Below, piece after piece: positions 1 to 12,171 of a DNA stretch of 64,000 nucleotides; position 1 is the first letter of the stretch; every line of letters starts with the position of its first letter. The position numbers were made by a program, and so were the translations under genes. The DNA lies in NCBI GenBank assembly GCA_951406725.2, contig OX597818.1, positions 93,868,001 to 93,932,000 of the forward strand. The letters run 5' to 3'. The notes under the pieces were generated by a model. That model ran no database searches and was not told the origin of the DNA. It worked only from the letters and a program-made list of their open reading frames with translations. The stretch comes from Octopus vulgaris. Taxonomy: Eukaryota.

Positions 1-49
1 ATTGACACTACCTCTATGATGGTAAATGCTTGTTAAGACTAGAGACAGA

Positions 50-270
50 CACAAACACACTCAAACATACTCACTCACACACATACATATAAACACACAA
101 ATACACACACAAACATGCACACACACACACACATACACACATCTGCACACAAACATACATACACATACACACATGTGCACCATATACACATGTGCACCAT
201 ATACACACATGTGCACACAAACAAATACACACGCATGCACACACACACACATACACAGATGCACACAATA
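50..270. repeat. (CA)n/(TA)n microsatellite, representative of many TA, CA, TACA, ATT, GAT and TAC tracts in the window
   Basis: Seen directly. Other large tracts at 10225-10510, 11205-11362, 17465-17670, 18745-18932, 20065-20286, 44380-44480, 47352-47448, 47821-47985 and 58341-58418. Confidence 0.95.
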
Positions 271-664
271 GGCTTCTTTTAATTTTCATCTCCCAGAGAT
301 AATGATGATGATCATGATGAGGATACATACAACAGATTTCCTGATAATTTCACTCCTCCAAATTTTATCCACAAGGCAAAAAAAAAAAAAAGAAAGAAAG
401 AAAGAAAGAAAGAAAACGAAACCAACACTAGAATGTGTTAGACTGTTTTGTCCCACATAGTAAACTAATATTTTTGAGTTTTGTGAAAAACTAGGCTTTG
501 TACTTACTCTTTGCTGATACTGACCTATCTTTAGTTTCTTTGCTTCACAAGCTCATTATAAAATGTCCTAAAGTTGAAGTGAGTGGTACTACTTAAATAT
601 CTGATACCACAATAGGATTAATTAACCAGAGTCAGCAACCATTATACATTCACTAAATTCTCAT

Positions 665-1850
665 ATGCAGTGGTATTAAAAAATTCCTGGATTAGTTCTG
701 TAGCATACCAACAGATGGCAGCATGCAGTTGTGTGTGCAGTGAGAGCTAGCAGTGATCTTCATGTGGCAGTGTGCTGAGAGACATTGCTGTGTTTACTTC
801 ACAAGTTGTGAAATTTGTATTTTTGTGATCACGTGTATGCTGTAGTCAGAGAGGAAAGTTAAAACAAAGAGCAATCATGAAATTTTCTGTTAAACTTGGG
901 AAGTCTGCTACAGAGACACCAAACATGCTTTGGCAAGCTTACAGGAATGAGGAAATGGGTTATAAATAATGTTTTGAGTCACATGGGTGCTTCAAAAGAG
1001 GAAGAATGTCTCTGGAAGATGATGAATAATCTGGAAATCCTGCCATGAGCATCACCCCTGAAAATGTGGAGAAAATTCATCAGCTTGTGAATGAGAATGA
1101 TCAGAGGACAATCAACGATATTGTTGATGTTGTTGGTCTGTCGTATGGATCTGTGCAGACAATCCTAATATCTGAATTGAACATGTGACATGTCTCTGTC
1201 AAGATTGTCCCCAGTCTGCCAATCACTGAGCAGAAAGAACATTGCATTGAAGTCTGTCAAGATCTCTATTCTGAGACCCCCTTTGGTCATGACACTGACC
1301 ATGGGATTGCACCTAGAAAGTTACCCTCCCAGGTGCAAGTCCGAGCAAGGTTGTTTATGGAAGACCAGCAGTCGCCCATGCATACCGGCCTCCCTTCTGC
1401 ATGCCACCAGTGTTATCCAAGGGAAAGGCAAGGGCCGATATAGCTTGGCACCTGTGATGTCGGAACTCATTTCTACAGCTGAGTGAACTGGAGCAACATG
1501 AAATAAAGTATCTTGCTCAAGAACACAACATGCAGCCTGGTCCGGGATTCAAGCTCACAACCTCACGATTGTAAGCTCAACGCTCTAACCACTGCGCCAT
1601 GTGCCTTCACACGAAGATCTCTATTAGTATGTCACTAATAACCTATCCTTCATATCGAAGACCATCACCAGTGACGAGAGTTAGGTCTACAGGTACAACC
1701 CTGAGACAAAGCAGCAGTCATCACAATGGAAGCACCCTTCATCTCCATGAATGAAGAAGGTACGGCAGCTGCAGCTCAATCAAGAGCATGCTCATAATGT
1801 TTTTTGACATCTGCAGTAATATGCATCATGAATTTGTCCTCCAAGCCAGA
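665..1850 (+). mobile_element. Degenerate mariner-like transposon interrupted by a SINE
   Basis: Broken frames give KLGKSATET, SITPENVEKIHQLV, ITSDES*VYRYNPETKQQSSQW and FFD...HHEFV. Confidence 0.85.
1271..1613 (-). mobile_element. tRNA-derived SINE with 12-bp TSD
   Basis: A box TGGCGCAGTGG on the minus strand and a CORE-like cttgagcaag segment. TSD aagatctctatt at 1259-1270 and 1614-1625. Confidence 0.85.
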
Positions 1851-2825
1851 CAGGATGAAAGGCAAAGTTGACTTCAACAGAATTTGAACTCAGAATGAAA
1901 AGACAGATGAAATATCACTAAGCATTTTGCCCGGTGTGCTAATGTTTCTGCCAGCTCACACCCTTTATATACTTGATATATTAAACAAAAATAGGTCGAG
2001 ATTTTTTGGTAGATTTATAAAACGTTGACCCTGAAATTGTTTGTCCTTAAGGAACTAACAGTTTATATAATTCATATAAGTTGCCTTATGCTTATCGAAA
2101 AGTAATTCCATTCTACACATCACTAACAGCTTGTTTTTCAGTAGGTTGCTGGTAACATGGGTGGCTCTTTAATACATGTACATGCTTATATGTATGTATA
2201 TAAATAAATATATGCATGTGTGTGTGTGTGTATGTGTGTGTGTGTGTGTGTGCATGCATGTGCACTCAGAGGCATGGTTGTGTTGTTAAGAAGCTTACTT
2301 CCGAACCAAGGTGCTACTGTATAGGACTTGGGCAAGTGTTTTCTATTATAACCACAAGCCCAATTTGTATTTTGAATTTAGAAGCTGGAAGTTTCAAACC
2401 AGTTGTCCATAGTTATCCCCTTTCTCTTTGATATTCCAAGAGATATTCACATCAGCATGACAACTAATTTTTCTGATTACATACTTTTTCTTGTCTGTTC
2501 CAAGCAACAATATTAGTCCTGTTATGTTTGCACATTGTGGAAGTTTTGTTTCACCAATATTCCATATGTTGATGTTCATATATGTATTCAATACTGGGTG
2601 GACTATCTATATTTAAATACTTAACTCAAAACTTTTAAATGGTCATATACATTATATATTTATACTTATACATATTTACATATATTTTTATACATATTTA
2701 TATTATTCATTTATATATTTTTAATACAACAATCATTTTTCACACATGTATATCTTTCTGAGGAGTTTTCTGATATTGATTTCCTAATATTAATAATAAT
2801 ATATTATTAAAATATATATATATAT

Positions 2826-3177
2826 ATCATCATCATCATCATCATCATTTAGCATCCGCTTTCCATGCTAGCATGGGTTGGATGGTTCAACTGGGGTCTG
2901 GGAAGCCAGAAGGCTGCACCAGGCCCAGTCTGATCTGGCAATGTTTCTACAGCTGGATGCCCTTCCTAACACCAACCACTCCGTGAGTGTAGTGGGTGCT
3001 TTTTACGTGCCACCGACACAGCTGCCAGACGGGGCTGGCAAACGGCCACGGTTAGATAGTGCTTTTTACGTCCCACCGGCACGGGGGCCAGGCGAGGCTG
3101 GCAATGGCCACGATTGGATGGTGTTTTTTACGTGCCACCAGCACGGAGGCCTGTCGGGCAGCGCTGGCAATGGCCAC
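2826..3177 (-). mobile_element. RTE-type LINE 3' UTR fragment with (GAT)n tail
   Basis: Reverse complement of the tail at 11880-12170. Other copies at about 10511-10663, 13825-14610, 18018-18110, 19432-19535 and 38500-38630. Confidence 0.8.
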
Positions 3178-3788
3178 TTTAATAGTATTAATAATTTGAT
3201 ACAATAGAGCACTCAATATAAATTCAGTATGTAATATTCGCATTGAAAATATATTTAACTAAATATTTATTTATCTCACGATGGTATTTTTTTGGATGGC
3301 ATTATATAGTGTTTTAGTAATGATATTATGTTCCATTGGGTAGTAGTACCTTGATAACGTTTGTGGGCAGCTGCTGATGATGCGTGATGTCTTTCTCAGA
3401 AATGTGACATTGCCTACATTTTCAGTCACATCTCAGGGTTCCAAGGGCTTCACTGTTTATTAGGTATTTGTAGCAATCTGTTGTTCTTTGGTTGCAAATA
3501 CACAACCCTCTCAAGGTGTGATCTGATGCAGTAGTCATGAGTCCAGGAGAGACTGTATTTCATTTTAATATTACAGTAGTCTTCAAGTCTTTGGAAAACA
3601 TACCTATGCATAGTCTTTTTCTGACATGCTGAGCATTTTCTTAAGTGTGTTAGCCAGCTGTTTTGTGGTTGTATGGGAGGTCATCAGGAAGAGACTGCTT
3701 CTTGAGAACCTCACTGCAGACATATAGGATGTTCATTATTTATGTTATTTACAATCGACAGATATTTGTCCTCATCTTGTTTGTTGTT

Positions 3789-3834
3789 AACACAACGTTT
3801 TGGTTGATATACCCTCCAGCCTTCATCAGGTGTC
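3789..3834 (-). ncRNA. Minimal type I hammerhead ribozyme, degenerate (GAAA changed to AAAA)
   Basis: Minus strand reads gacac-CTGATGA-a-ggctg-gagggtatat-caacc-aAAAC-GTT-gtgtt. Confidence 0.7.
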
Positions 3835-3920
3835 TTGGGGGAAATTTCGAACCTGGATTCTCATTTCGATGTTGTTGTTGTTGATGTTATTATTATTATT
3901 ATTACTATTATTATTATTAT

Positions 3921-4078
3921 TGAGTGAGAGAGCAGTTCATGCCATCAAAGTGACACTGGGGTAAAATATACGAAGCCCAATATACCCATCATGACTACCC
4001 GTCTGATAAAGGTACACCAGGCACATGCATCACAGCCAAGCCATGAGAGCCACTGCCTGGTACTGCATCAGGGCATTT
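3921..4078 (+). mobile_element. Short insertion within the (ATT)n tract, probably a retroelement 3' fragment
   Basis: Unique 158-bp sequence flanked by (ATT)n on both sides, splitting the PLE pLTR microsatellite. Confidence 0.5.
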
Positions 4079-4094
4079 ATTATTATTATTATTA

Positions 4095-4146
<52 letters not shown>

Positions 4147-4160
4147 TATTATTATTATTC

Positions 4161-4234
4161 AGGTCACTGTCTGGAATTGAACTTGGAATCTTGGGGTTAG
4201 TAGCCCGCAGTCTTAACCACTACGCCATATGCCC
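4161..4234 (-). other. tRNA-like Pol III promoter module at the end of the PLE ORF
   Basis: GGGCATA-TGGCGTAGTGG (A box), anticodon-like loop CTACTAA, GTTCAATTCC (B box). The acceptor stem is imperfect, so this is not a functional tRNA. Confidence 0.75.
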
Positions 4235-5439
4235 GTGGAGTAAATCTAATATTCTCCTATCCTTCCTTAATGTTGGTTTTCATGTGCTGTTCATATCTGC
4301 ACTCAGTCTGCTTAGGAAGTTGTTGAGTCCTAGAATATGTGCTGCTTCTTTTAGTTTTTGTATTTTCCAGTGGTGTTCTCTGTCTATTATTTTAACTTCA
4401 TCCCACAGGGGGAGGTGGTCTCCATTTTTCCATACATGATCAGCTATACCCAATTTATCAATATCTCCGTGTCACAGCTTTGGGATGTTCCTTTACCCTT
4501 ATTTTGAGGGGATGGCATGTTTCGCCTTTGTATAACCTACCACAGCTGCATGAGATGGAGTACATACAGTTCTTAGTCATATTCTCTTCTGTTGGTGGTT
4601 TTACTCGAAGGAGATATTTGCGAAGTGTTGTATTACTTCAAGAAAAACTAGTGACAGACACCCATCTAAAAGAACGCACTAGTATACCAATAAGAAACTT
4701 GATGGAAATATTGATCTTCTGCGTAGAAACTACCTACTTCAGTATGGACACTGATATATATCGACAAGAAGAGGGTTTAGCTATGGGTTTGCCATTATTA
4801 CTGATAATAGCCAATATATATATGGAATATTTTGAGAATTTGGATTTAGGATCAACATCACTAAAACCAACCCTATGGCTGCGATATGTTGAGGACACCT
4901 TCATACTCTGGTCCCACCAGGAAGATGTCCAAGTGCTGTTAGATCATGTGAACTCAATAAAGCCATCCATACAGTTCACAATGGAAAAAGAAAAAGACAA
5001 TCAGCTAGCATTTCTGGACGTATTAATAACATGCACCAAGTATGCATTCAGGACATTCGCATGCCGCAAGCCGACCTTCACTTGACGATACCTCAACTTC
5101 AACTCCCACCATCCATACAGTGTAAAGGAAGGGACTGCTTAGTGCCTAAAACATTGAGCAATGAATATAAGTAGCGATCGTGATACCCACCACAAAGAAA
5201 TGATCAAGCTCAGTAACAATCTATTAAGCAACAACTAACCCAAAAGCATACTCTCTACTCCAATTATGAAGAAAAGAGAGGATGAAACCAATAAACTGTC
5301 CACAGTCTGTCTACCCTATGTGAAAGGCCTCTCCGAAAAGATACAAAAGATATGCAGCCCATATGACATCAGGATAGTATTCAAAAGTAATACAACACTT
5401 TGGTCACTTTATAGAGTGTTTGAGTGTTGGATTAGTATC

Positions 5440-7715
5440 TGGAATGGGATAGCTTACCTTATGGGCAGGTAGAAGCTCTTTAACCTTGGTTGGTAATCTA
5501 CCTAGGAGAAGGAAATTTTTGAAATAAAACCTGAGGCCTTGGAAGTTCCTGGTTTTGTCAATTTTCATGTCACACCATGGGCCTATGGGTGGGGGTAGTG
5601 CAGTGCAAGCTACACCCATTGAAAATTATTCACCTGCACAGGTACTTCCTGTACACCAGATCTAAGTAAAATCATTGAATTGGTTGGTTGGCAGAAACCT
5701 AAAAATGCACTTGTAACTTACTCTAAAATGTCTCAAACAGATCCAGTAACTGGCAAAAATGCTTGAGAACATCAGGGGAACAGGTCTGGCTCAGCAGGTG
5801 TCCCAGTGTATCACAGGCTGGGCCCAGTCATCATCCTGCCACTGTGGTCAAACAATCTTCAAGAAAAAGTAAAAACAAACTTCCTTTGAATTTTTGGCTT
5901 TTGGAATGTGCACACACTTCTTGATGATAATTTCAACAAAGGCCAGAAAGGTGTACTGCACTTATTGCATGTGAGCTTAAGAAATATTCCCTTGATATAG
6001 TTGCGCTTTCTGAAACTCGTCTCTCTGGTGAGGGTCAAATAAATGAACCTACTTATGGATATACTATCTTTTGGAGAGGCATACTTGAAGGTCAGGGTAG
6101 AGAATCTGGTATGGGTTTGCTCTCCAGAATACATTAATAGCTTCCATTGTAGAGCTTCCAAGTGGTTTATCTGATTGGACCATATCATGCCGTATTAAAG
6201 TGACAAAAGATAGGTTTCTTACCGAGGTCAATATTTATGCACCAACAATGTCCCATTCTGATGAAACTGTAGGACAGTTTTATGATGATCTAGCACAATT
6301 ATTGAGGAAAGTACCAATTTCTGACAAGCTGGTCATATTGGGAAATTTCAATGCAAGAGTTGGAAAGAACTACATTTCATGGGCTGTTTTAGGTCAACAT
6401 GGTATGGGAAAATGTAATAAAAATGGAGTAGCTCTTTTGATGTTTTGTACTGAGAATAATCTAGTTGTTACCAACACTCTGTTTAAGCAGAAAAATAAAT
6501 ATAAAACCACCTGGATGCACCCAAGATCTAAGTACTGGCATCTCATAGATTATATTTTTATCAGGAAACATGATATGAAAGACATTTCTAGTATTTGGGC
6601 CATGAGAGGAGCAGAGAGCTGGACTGACCATCGTCTAATATGTGGAAAAATAAAATTTTCGATAATGCCAAAAAATTGACAGTCTAGTTCTAAGGTACCC
6701 AGAAAGTTAAATGTTGCAAACTTTAAATTATCAAGCAACTTGTAAAGATTCCAAGATGCTATAGAAAGTATCAACCTTGACCCAAACAATCTATGGGAAG
6801 ATTTCAAAACAAAAGTATTTCAGGCTGCAAGTTTGTCAGTGGGATTTAAATCACATAAGTTCAATGACTGGTTCTCAGACAGATCAGCAGAAATTCACGA
6901 TCTATTTTTAGAAAAACAAAACTTAAGTAATACACTTCTTTCTCAGTTATTGAACCCCAACTCAAACGAAGCATACAGAAAGGTGAAAAGGAAAGTGCAG
7001 ATTGCTCTAAGGAAAATTAAACAGGAAAGGTGGAATTATAGAACAAAAGGGGCACATGAAGCAGCTGATAGAAATGATGCCAAGGGTTTGTACTCTTATG
7101 TTAAAGAGGTATATGGCCCCAAATCTTCTTCAATAGCTCCAGTGAGAACATCAAATGTATGTTTGCTTCTGACTGACACTGCTTCTATTCATAAGCATTT
7201 TTCTGCACTTTTGAATAGACCATCATCTGCTGACATGAGGACGATAGAAAAAATTGAACACCCCCCAGTTATAGAAGAGATGGTATTTGAACCAACTCTA
7301 AATGACATTTATTTAGCTGTGAATAAGCTGAATAACAATAAGTCTCCAGGGTCTGATGGAATCTGTGCAGAAGTCTTGAAATATGAGGGTGACAAAATGT
7401 TTGAACTCTTAAATATATTAATTTGTCACTGTTGGAGAACTGAGAAAGTGCCTCAAGATTGGATTGATGCTATTTTAGTCTCCTTGTATGAATTGGGGCC
7501 AAAGGATCTGTGTGGTAACTTTCGTGGGATTTCTTTTTTGTCTGTGGTTGGAAAGGTACTTGCCCGCATTTTGTTAGAATGTTTAAATACCTTCATAGTT
7601 CCAAATATAGTGTCTGAGTCTCAGTGTGGTTTTTGTTCCTCCAGGGGCACAGCTGATTGTATCTTTACTATCAGACAATTACAAGGAAAGTGCATTGAAC
7701 AGAATCTTGTCTGTT
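5440..7715 (+). mobile_element. RTE-clade LINE (APE endonuclease plus RT N-half), frameshifted and 3'-truncated
   Basis: FWNV, ALSETR, IYAPT, LGNFNARVG, TTWMHPRSKYWHLIDY, TDHRL; KSPGSDGI, NFRGIS, ESQCGF. Confidence 0.92.
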
Positions 7716-7885
7716 AGCCACAAGACAATTTATATAAAGAGAGGAATGGAGACATTCTATGAGCTGTCATCCTATCATATATTCATTGTCTGTCTTGGAC
7801 AACATTATGCAACATGTCCTTTCCTCTCTAAGTCAGTGTGGGGAGATTTAGCGGTTATTTCTAACAGGTTAAATGTGTACACATA

Positions 7886-9048
7886 TTGGGTTGTCCGGAA
7901 AGTTCATGCCGATTTTTAAAGGAAAGAAAAAGGTCAATAAATACTTGCCATTACATTTTTAATCAACCAAATATGAACCATTTTGTTGCACAATGCGTCG
8001 CCATCTTTTCTTTAACTTGAAAATACCCTTTTCCCAGAATTGAGGTGGTTTCATCGTAAAGAATTCATCAAGCTATCTTTTTACGTCACCTAAGGAATTG
8101 AAATTTTTACTATTAAGACTATTCTGCAGAGACCTGAATAAGTGGAAATCCGAAGGAGCAATATCTGGTGAATATGGAGGGTGGGGTAACACATCCCAGC
8201 CGAGGTGCAGCAATTTTTGTCTGGTTCCCAAAGAAACGAGTGGTCTTGCATTATCATGTTGGAAAACAACACCCTTCCTGTTGGCCAATTCTGGACATTT
8301 CTCTTGAATTGCTGCTTTTAACTCATCCAGTTGTGTGCAGTATTTCTCAAAATTAATTGTCTGGTTACTTGGGAGAAGCTCATAGTACAGAATTCCTTTC
8401 CAATCCCACCAGACACAAAGTAAGACTTTTTTAGGGTGAAGACTCGCTTTTGGGGTGGCTAAGGGTGGCTCATGTTGCTTACTCCAGGATTGCTTTCTCT
8501 GAACATTTTGGTAGATAATCCATTTCTCATCACCTGTCACAATTTGCTTTAAAAAAGGTGTGTTTTCATTCCGTTTATAAAGCGAATCACAGATGGAAAT
8601 GCAATCCAAAAGGTTCTTCTCACTCAACTCGTGGTACCCAAACATCGTAGCGATTTGCGTACCCAAGCTTTACCAGGTGCACATGAATGATGGATTTTGA
8701 TAGGTTGAGACTTTCTGCCAATTCTTGGGTTGTGCAATGTGGGTATTCTCAATTAATGACTTGATTTGGTCATCATCTGTAGTGGATGGGATGCATGATT
8801 GCTCTTTAACAATAAGGCTACAATCTCCAGCTTGGAACCTTGCAAACCACTTCCGTACAGTTCTTTCAGATAAAGATACAGAAACATCACTGTAAACTGT
8901 GTATATTTCTTTGGTTGCTTGCGAGGCATTTTCCCTTTATGGAAAAAGAAAAGCATCAAGTGCCGAAAATGAACTTTCTTATCTTCCATTTTAAAGGGTT
9001 ACAGAATTAACACAGGTTATAGGAACATAAACCTTGTTCCACGAAAAG
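7886..9048 (-). mobile_element. Mariner (DD34D) transposon, frameshifted, one TIR retained
   Basis: IVTGDEKW, FQHDNARP and HPPYSPDIAPSDFHLF. TA followed by TIR ttgggttgtccggaaagtt at 7886. The other end is replaced by a SINE. Confidence 0.93.
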
Positions 9049-9049
9049 A

Positions 9050-9383
9050 GCGTAGCGGTCTTCGTCCAGTGGTCCTTTGCTATTCGTAAGACCCGCAGAA
9101 GAGAAAGCAGGTCAACCCCTGACACCGAGAGCATCGACGGATAGATGAATGTGCATCCAGGCTCAGCGGTTGCATAGGAAGTCGGGGACAAGAAACAGGA
9201 AGAAAGAGTGAGAGAAAGTTGGAGTGAAAGAGTACAACAGAGGTCGCCACCACCCCTTGCCAGAGCCTCGTGGAGCTTTAAGTTTTTTTGCTCAATAAAC
9301 ACACAACGCCCGGTCTGGGAATTGAAACCGCGATCCTCCGACCATGAGTCCGCTGCCCTAACCATTGGGCCATTGCACCTCTA
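9050..9383 (-). mobile_element. tRNA-derived SINE
   Basis: The head (tggcccaatggttagggcagcggactc...ggtttcaattccc) belongs to the same family as copies at 14061, 22716-23032 and 27984. Confidence 0.8.
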
Positions 9384-10284
9384 CTTGCTGCTGCTGCTGG
9401 TGGCAGTGGTGATAATGATGATGACATTTTTCTTTAACTAGAAAATACAAAAGTACAAAACAGAAAGAAAAAAAACGACAAAGCAAAACAATAAAATAAA
9501 TACAAATAACAGCACTGAAATGAATAACTAAAACTGAGAATTTTTGCTAATAACTTATGCAATACTGCAATTAAGAATTCTTTCGTTAATTGCCATCTAT
9601 GATCAAAGAGCTTATGTAGGTGATGATTCAACAGATTAAGTTAGTGTTGTGCCATTCATTAGTCACCTTAGCAATGCTGTGATTGTCTGACAGAGGTCAT
9701 ATACTTGCTGCTGTCTTTCAAAAAGGACACTGTATTTAATGTTGCTGTTATAACTCTGTCGGGACTATCTCCATTATTTACTGAAGCACTTAGCTTTCAT
9801 TTCTAAGTTAAAGTCTTTTATTGTTTTTCTCAATTAACCCTTCAGTATTAAGATAACTCTATCAAATGTAATGCTTACTTATTCACATTGTTTTGAATTA
9901 AGCATGTATTATCTTGTAGCTTTGAGATTTCACTTATGTGGTTGTATATTTTAAGAATGACATTGAAGAGTAGGTGTGATAGGCCAGATCTGGCTAGTTT
10001 GAACATAAAACAGATGGAAAATTTTGGCTGGATGTACATTTATGGAACCCACTTGGGTAGGAATTTTGACCAAGCTCCACATTTCATTAAAGTTTTGTAG
10101 ACATGCAACTCACATCTTCAGGTGAACAGAGTCACATTCCAGACATCTGAGGATGTTGGCAGTTTTGCATTTACAAAAATTTAAGAGATATCGGTTTGTG
10201 ACAACTTGCTGCTAAATACATATATAAATGGATATATACATATATTCATACATATATATTAACATACATACATACATACATACT

Positions 10285-10316
<32 letters not shown>

Positions 10317-10349
10317 ATAAATAGACATATATACAAACCTGCAAATATA

Positions 10350-10407
<58 letters not shown>

Positions 10408-10450
10408 CCATGTATATATATATATATATGATCCATGCATATATATATGT

Positions 10451-10510
<60 letters not shown>

Positions 10511-10671
10511 TGGCGTTAGGAAGGGCATCCAGCTGTAGAAACACTGCCAGATCAGACTGGGCCTGGTGCAGCCTTCTGGCTTCCCAGACCCCAGCTGAAC
10601 CGTCCAACCCATGCCAGCATGGAAAGCGGACGTTAAATGATGATGATGATGATGATGATGATATATATATA

Positions 10672-11110
10672 TGATTTATGGAGGGTCAAAGTTAGGAACA
10701 AAAACAGGACAGTGGAAACAAACAAGGAAACTGAATGAAAACAAACATGAAGGGTCATTAGACCAGAACGAGGGTAAAATAGCAGACACTTGAGAAATAT
10801 TTTCTTTGAAAAGAGTAAAGATAGAAGATAGAGATAGATATTTCTAGTCCTTAGGACAGTCCTGAAAGAAAAAAAAAGATGATCATGTGAGGAAAAGAAA
10901 GATGGATGATGGTCACATGTGAGCAATGAGAGAGAGAAAAGGAGAAAGAGGCAGGGAAGAGAGGGCAACATATAGAAAACAGTGAAGGGGAGAAAAAGGG
11001 TATTAGAGAAAGGATGGGAGAGAAAACAATGGGGAAGAAAACAGTAGAGAGTAGAGTCGCATCAAAAAGATTAAGATAAGCTTACTTGGAAATGGATGCG
11101 TGGTGTTCAA
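10672..11110 (-). repeat. Interspersed repeat, inverted relative of 16890-17460
   Basis: Reverse-complement similarity over about 300 bp (gtcacatgtgagcaatgagag, aaacaaacatgaagggtc, tatggagggtcaaagtt). Confidence 0.7.
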
Positions 11111-11217
11111 TCAAATAATAATATAAATAATATATATATATGTATATATGCATATATATATATTTAGATACATCGTCATCATCATGGAAAACGGACGTTA
11201 AACGATGATGATGATGA

Positions 11218-11255
<38 letters not shown>

Positions 11256-11314
11256 CACACATACATACATACATACATACATGCATACATGCATACATAC
11301 ATATGCATACATAC

Positions 11315-11349
<35 letters not shown>

Positions 11350-11364
11350 CATATATATATACTC

Positions 11365-12171
11365 GACAGAGCGTTAGTACCTTGAGAGAAATGTTGTACC
11401 TAAGAAGCATCAGTTGTGGTGTGCAAGAAAGACGATTGCGCTGGTATGGTCATGTGGCGAGAATGGATGAAGATAGGTGTGTGAAAAAGTGCCAATCCCT
11501 AGCAGTTGAGGGAACCCGTGGAAGAGGTAGACCCAGGAAAACCTGGGACGAGGTGGTGAAGCACGACCTTCGAACTTTAGGCCTCATTGAGGAAATGACC
11601 AGCGACCGAGACCTTTGGAAATATGCCGTACGTGAGAAGACCAGGCAGGACAAGTGAGCCCAGCCCACTTATGCCTTTCCTCCCTTGGACACAAAGACCT
11701 GTTTAGGCAAGCGAAGTCGATATCGAACCTCATCCGACGACAGGCACCCATGCCAACCCCCTTTGCTTTCGAAGACATGTTGGGGAAAGTGAAATCGAAA
11801 TCGAAATTGAACCAATCCTATGACTGGCACCCGGCAGATGCCAGGACCCCTGGACTGGTGGTACGTAAAATGCACTATCCGAATCATGGCCAATGCCAGC
11901 GCCGCCTCGACTGGCTCCCGTGCTGGTGGCACGTAAATTGCACCAATCCGACCATGGCCATTGCCAGCCTCGCCTGGCACCTGTGCGGGTGGCACGTAAA
12001 AAGCACCCACTACACTCACGGAGTGGTTGGCGTTAGGAAGGGCATCTAGCTGTAGAAACATTGCCAGATAAGACTGGAGCCTGGTGCAGCCTTCTGGCTT
12101 CCCAGATCCCCAGTTGAACCGTCCAACCCATGCTAGCATGGAGAACGGACGTTAAATGATGATGATGATGA
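11365..12171 (+). mobile_element. 5'-truncated RTE-type LINE: ORF C-terminus, 3' UTR and (GAT)n tail
   Basis: [12 protein letters not shown]...[10 protein letters not shown]...DRDLWK. The UTR contains repeated ggtggcacgtaaa units. Confidence 0.9.

Larger units (their letters stand above)
3730..5400 (-). mobile_element. Penelope-like retroelement with 5' inversion: pLTR and GIY-YIG on minus strand, RT on plus strand
   Basis: Minus 4638 to 4220 translates as NCMYSISCSCGRLYKGET...IADHVW...KLKEAAHI (GIY-YIG). Plus 4640-5400 gives QEEGLAMG...ANIYME...RYVEDTF...IQFTME...FLDV (PLE RT, decayed). A hammerhead lies at 3789-3834. Confidence 0.9.

Noticed and set aside
26-328. Many ORFs rich in YI, CV and HT repeats here and at 10246-10674, 17351-18068, 19967-20331 and 46009-48016
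   Set aside because: They are translations of (TA)n, (CA)n and (TACA)n microsatellites.
4161-4234. Possible functional tRNA gene; SINE heads elsewhere were considered likewise
   Set aside because: The acceptor and T stems pair poorly and the sequences are embedded in repeats, so they are tRNA-derived only.
4480-5085. 201-aa ORF treated as a single gene
   Set aside because: It is chimeric. The first ~53 codons are the antisense of the inverted endonuclease segment, and the RT motif is decayed (YVED).
11820-12010. Repeated ggtggcacgtaaa units that look CRISPR-like
   Set aside because: Spacing is irregular, they are part of an RTE 3' UTR in a eukaryotic context, and there are no cas genes.
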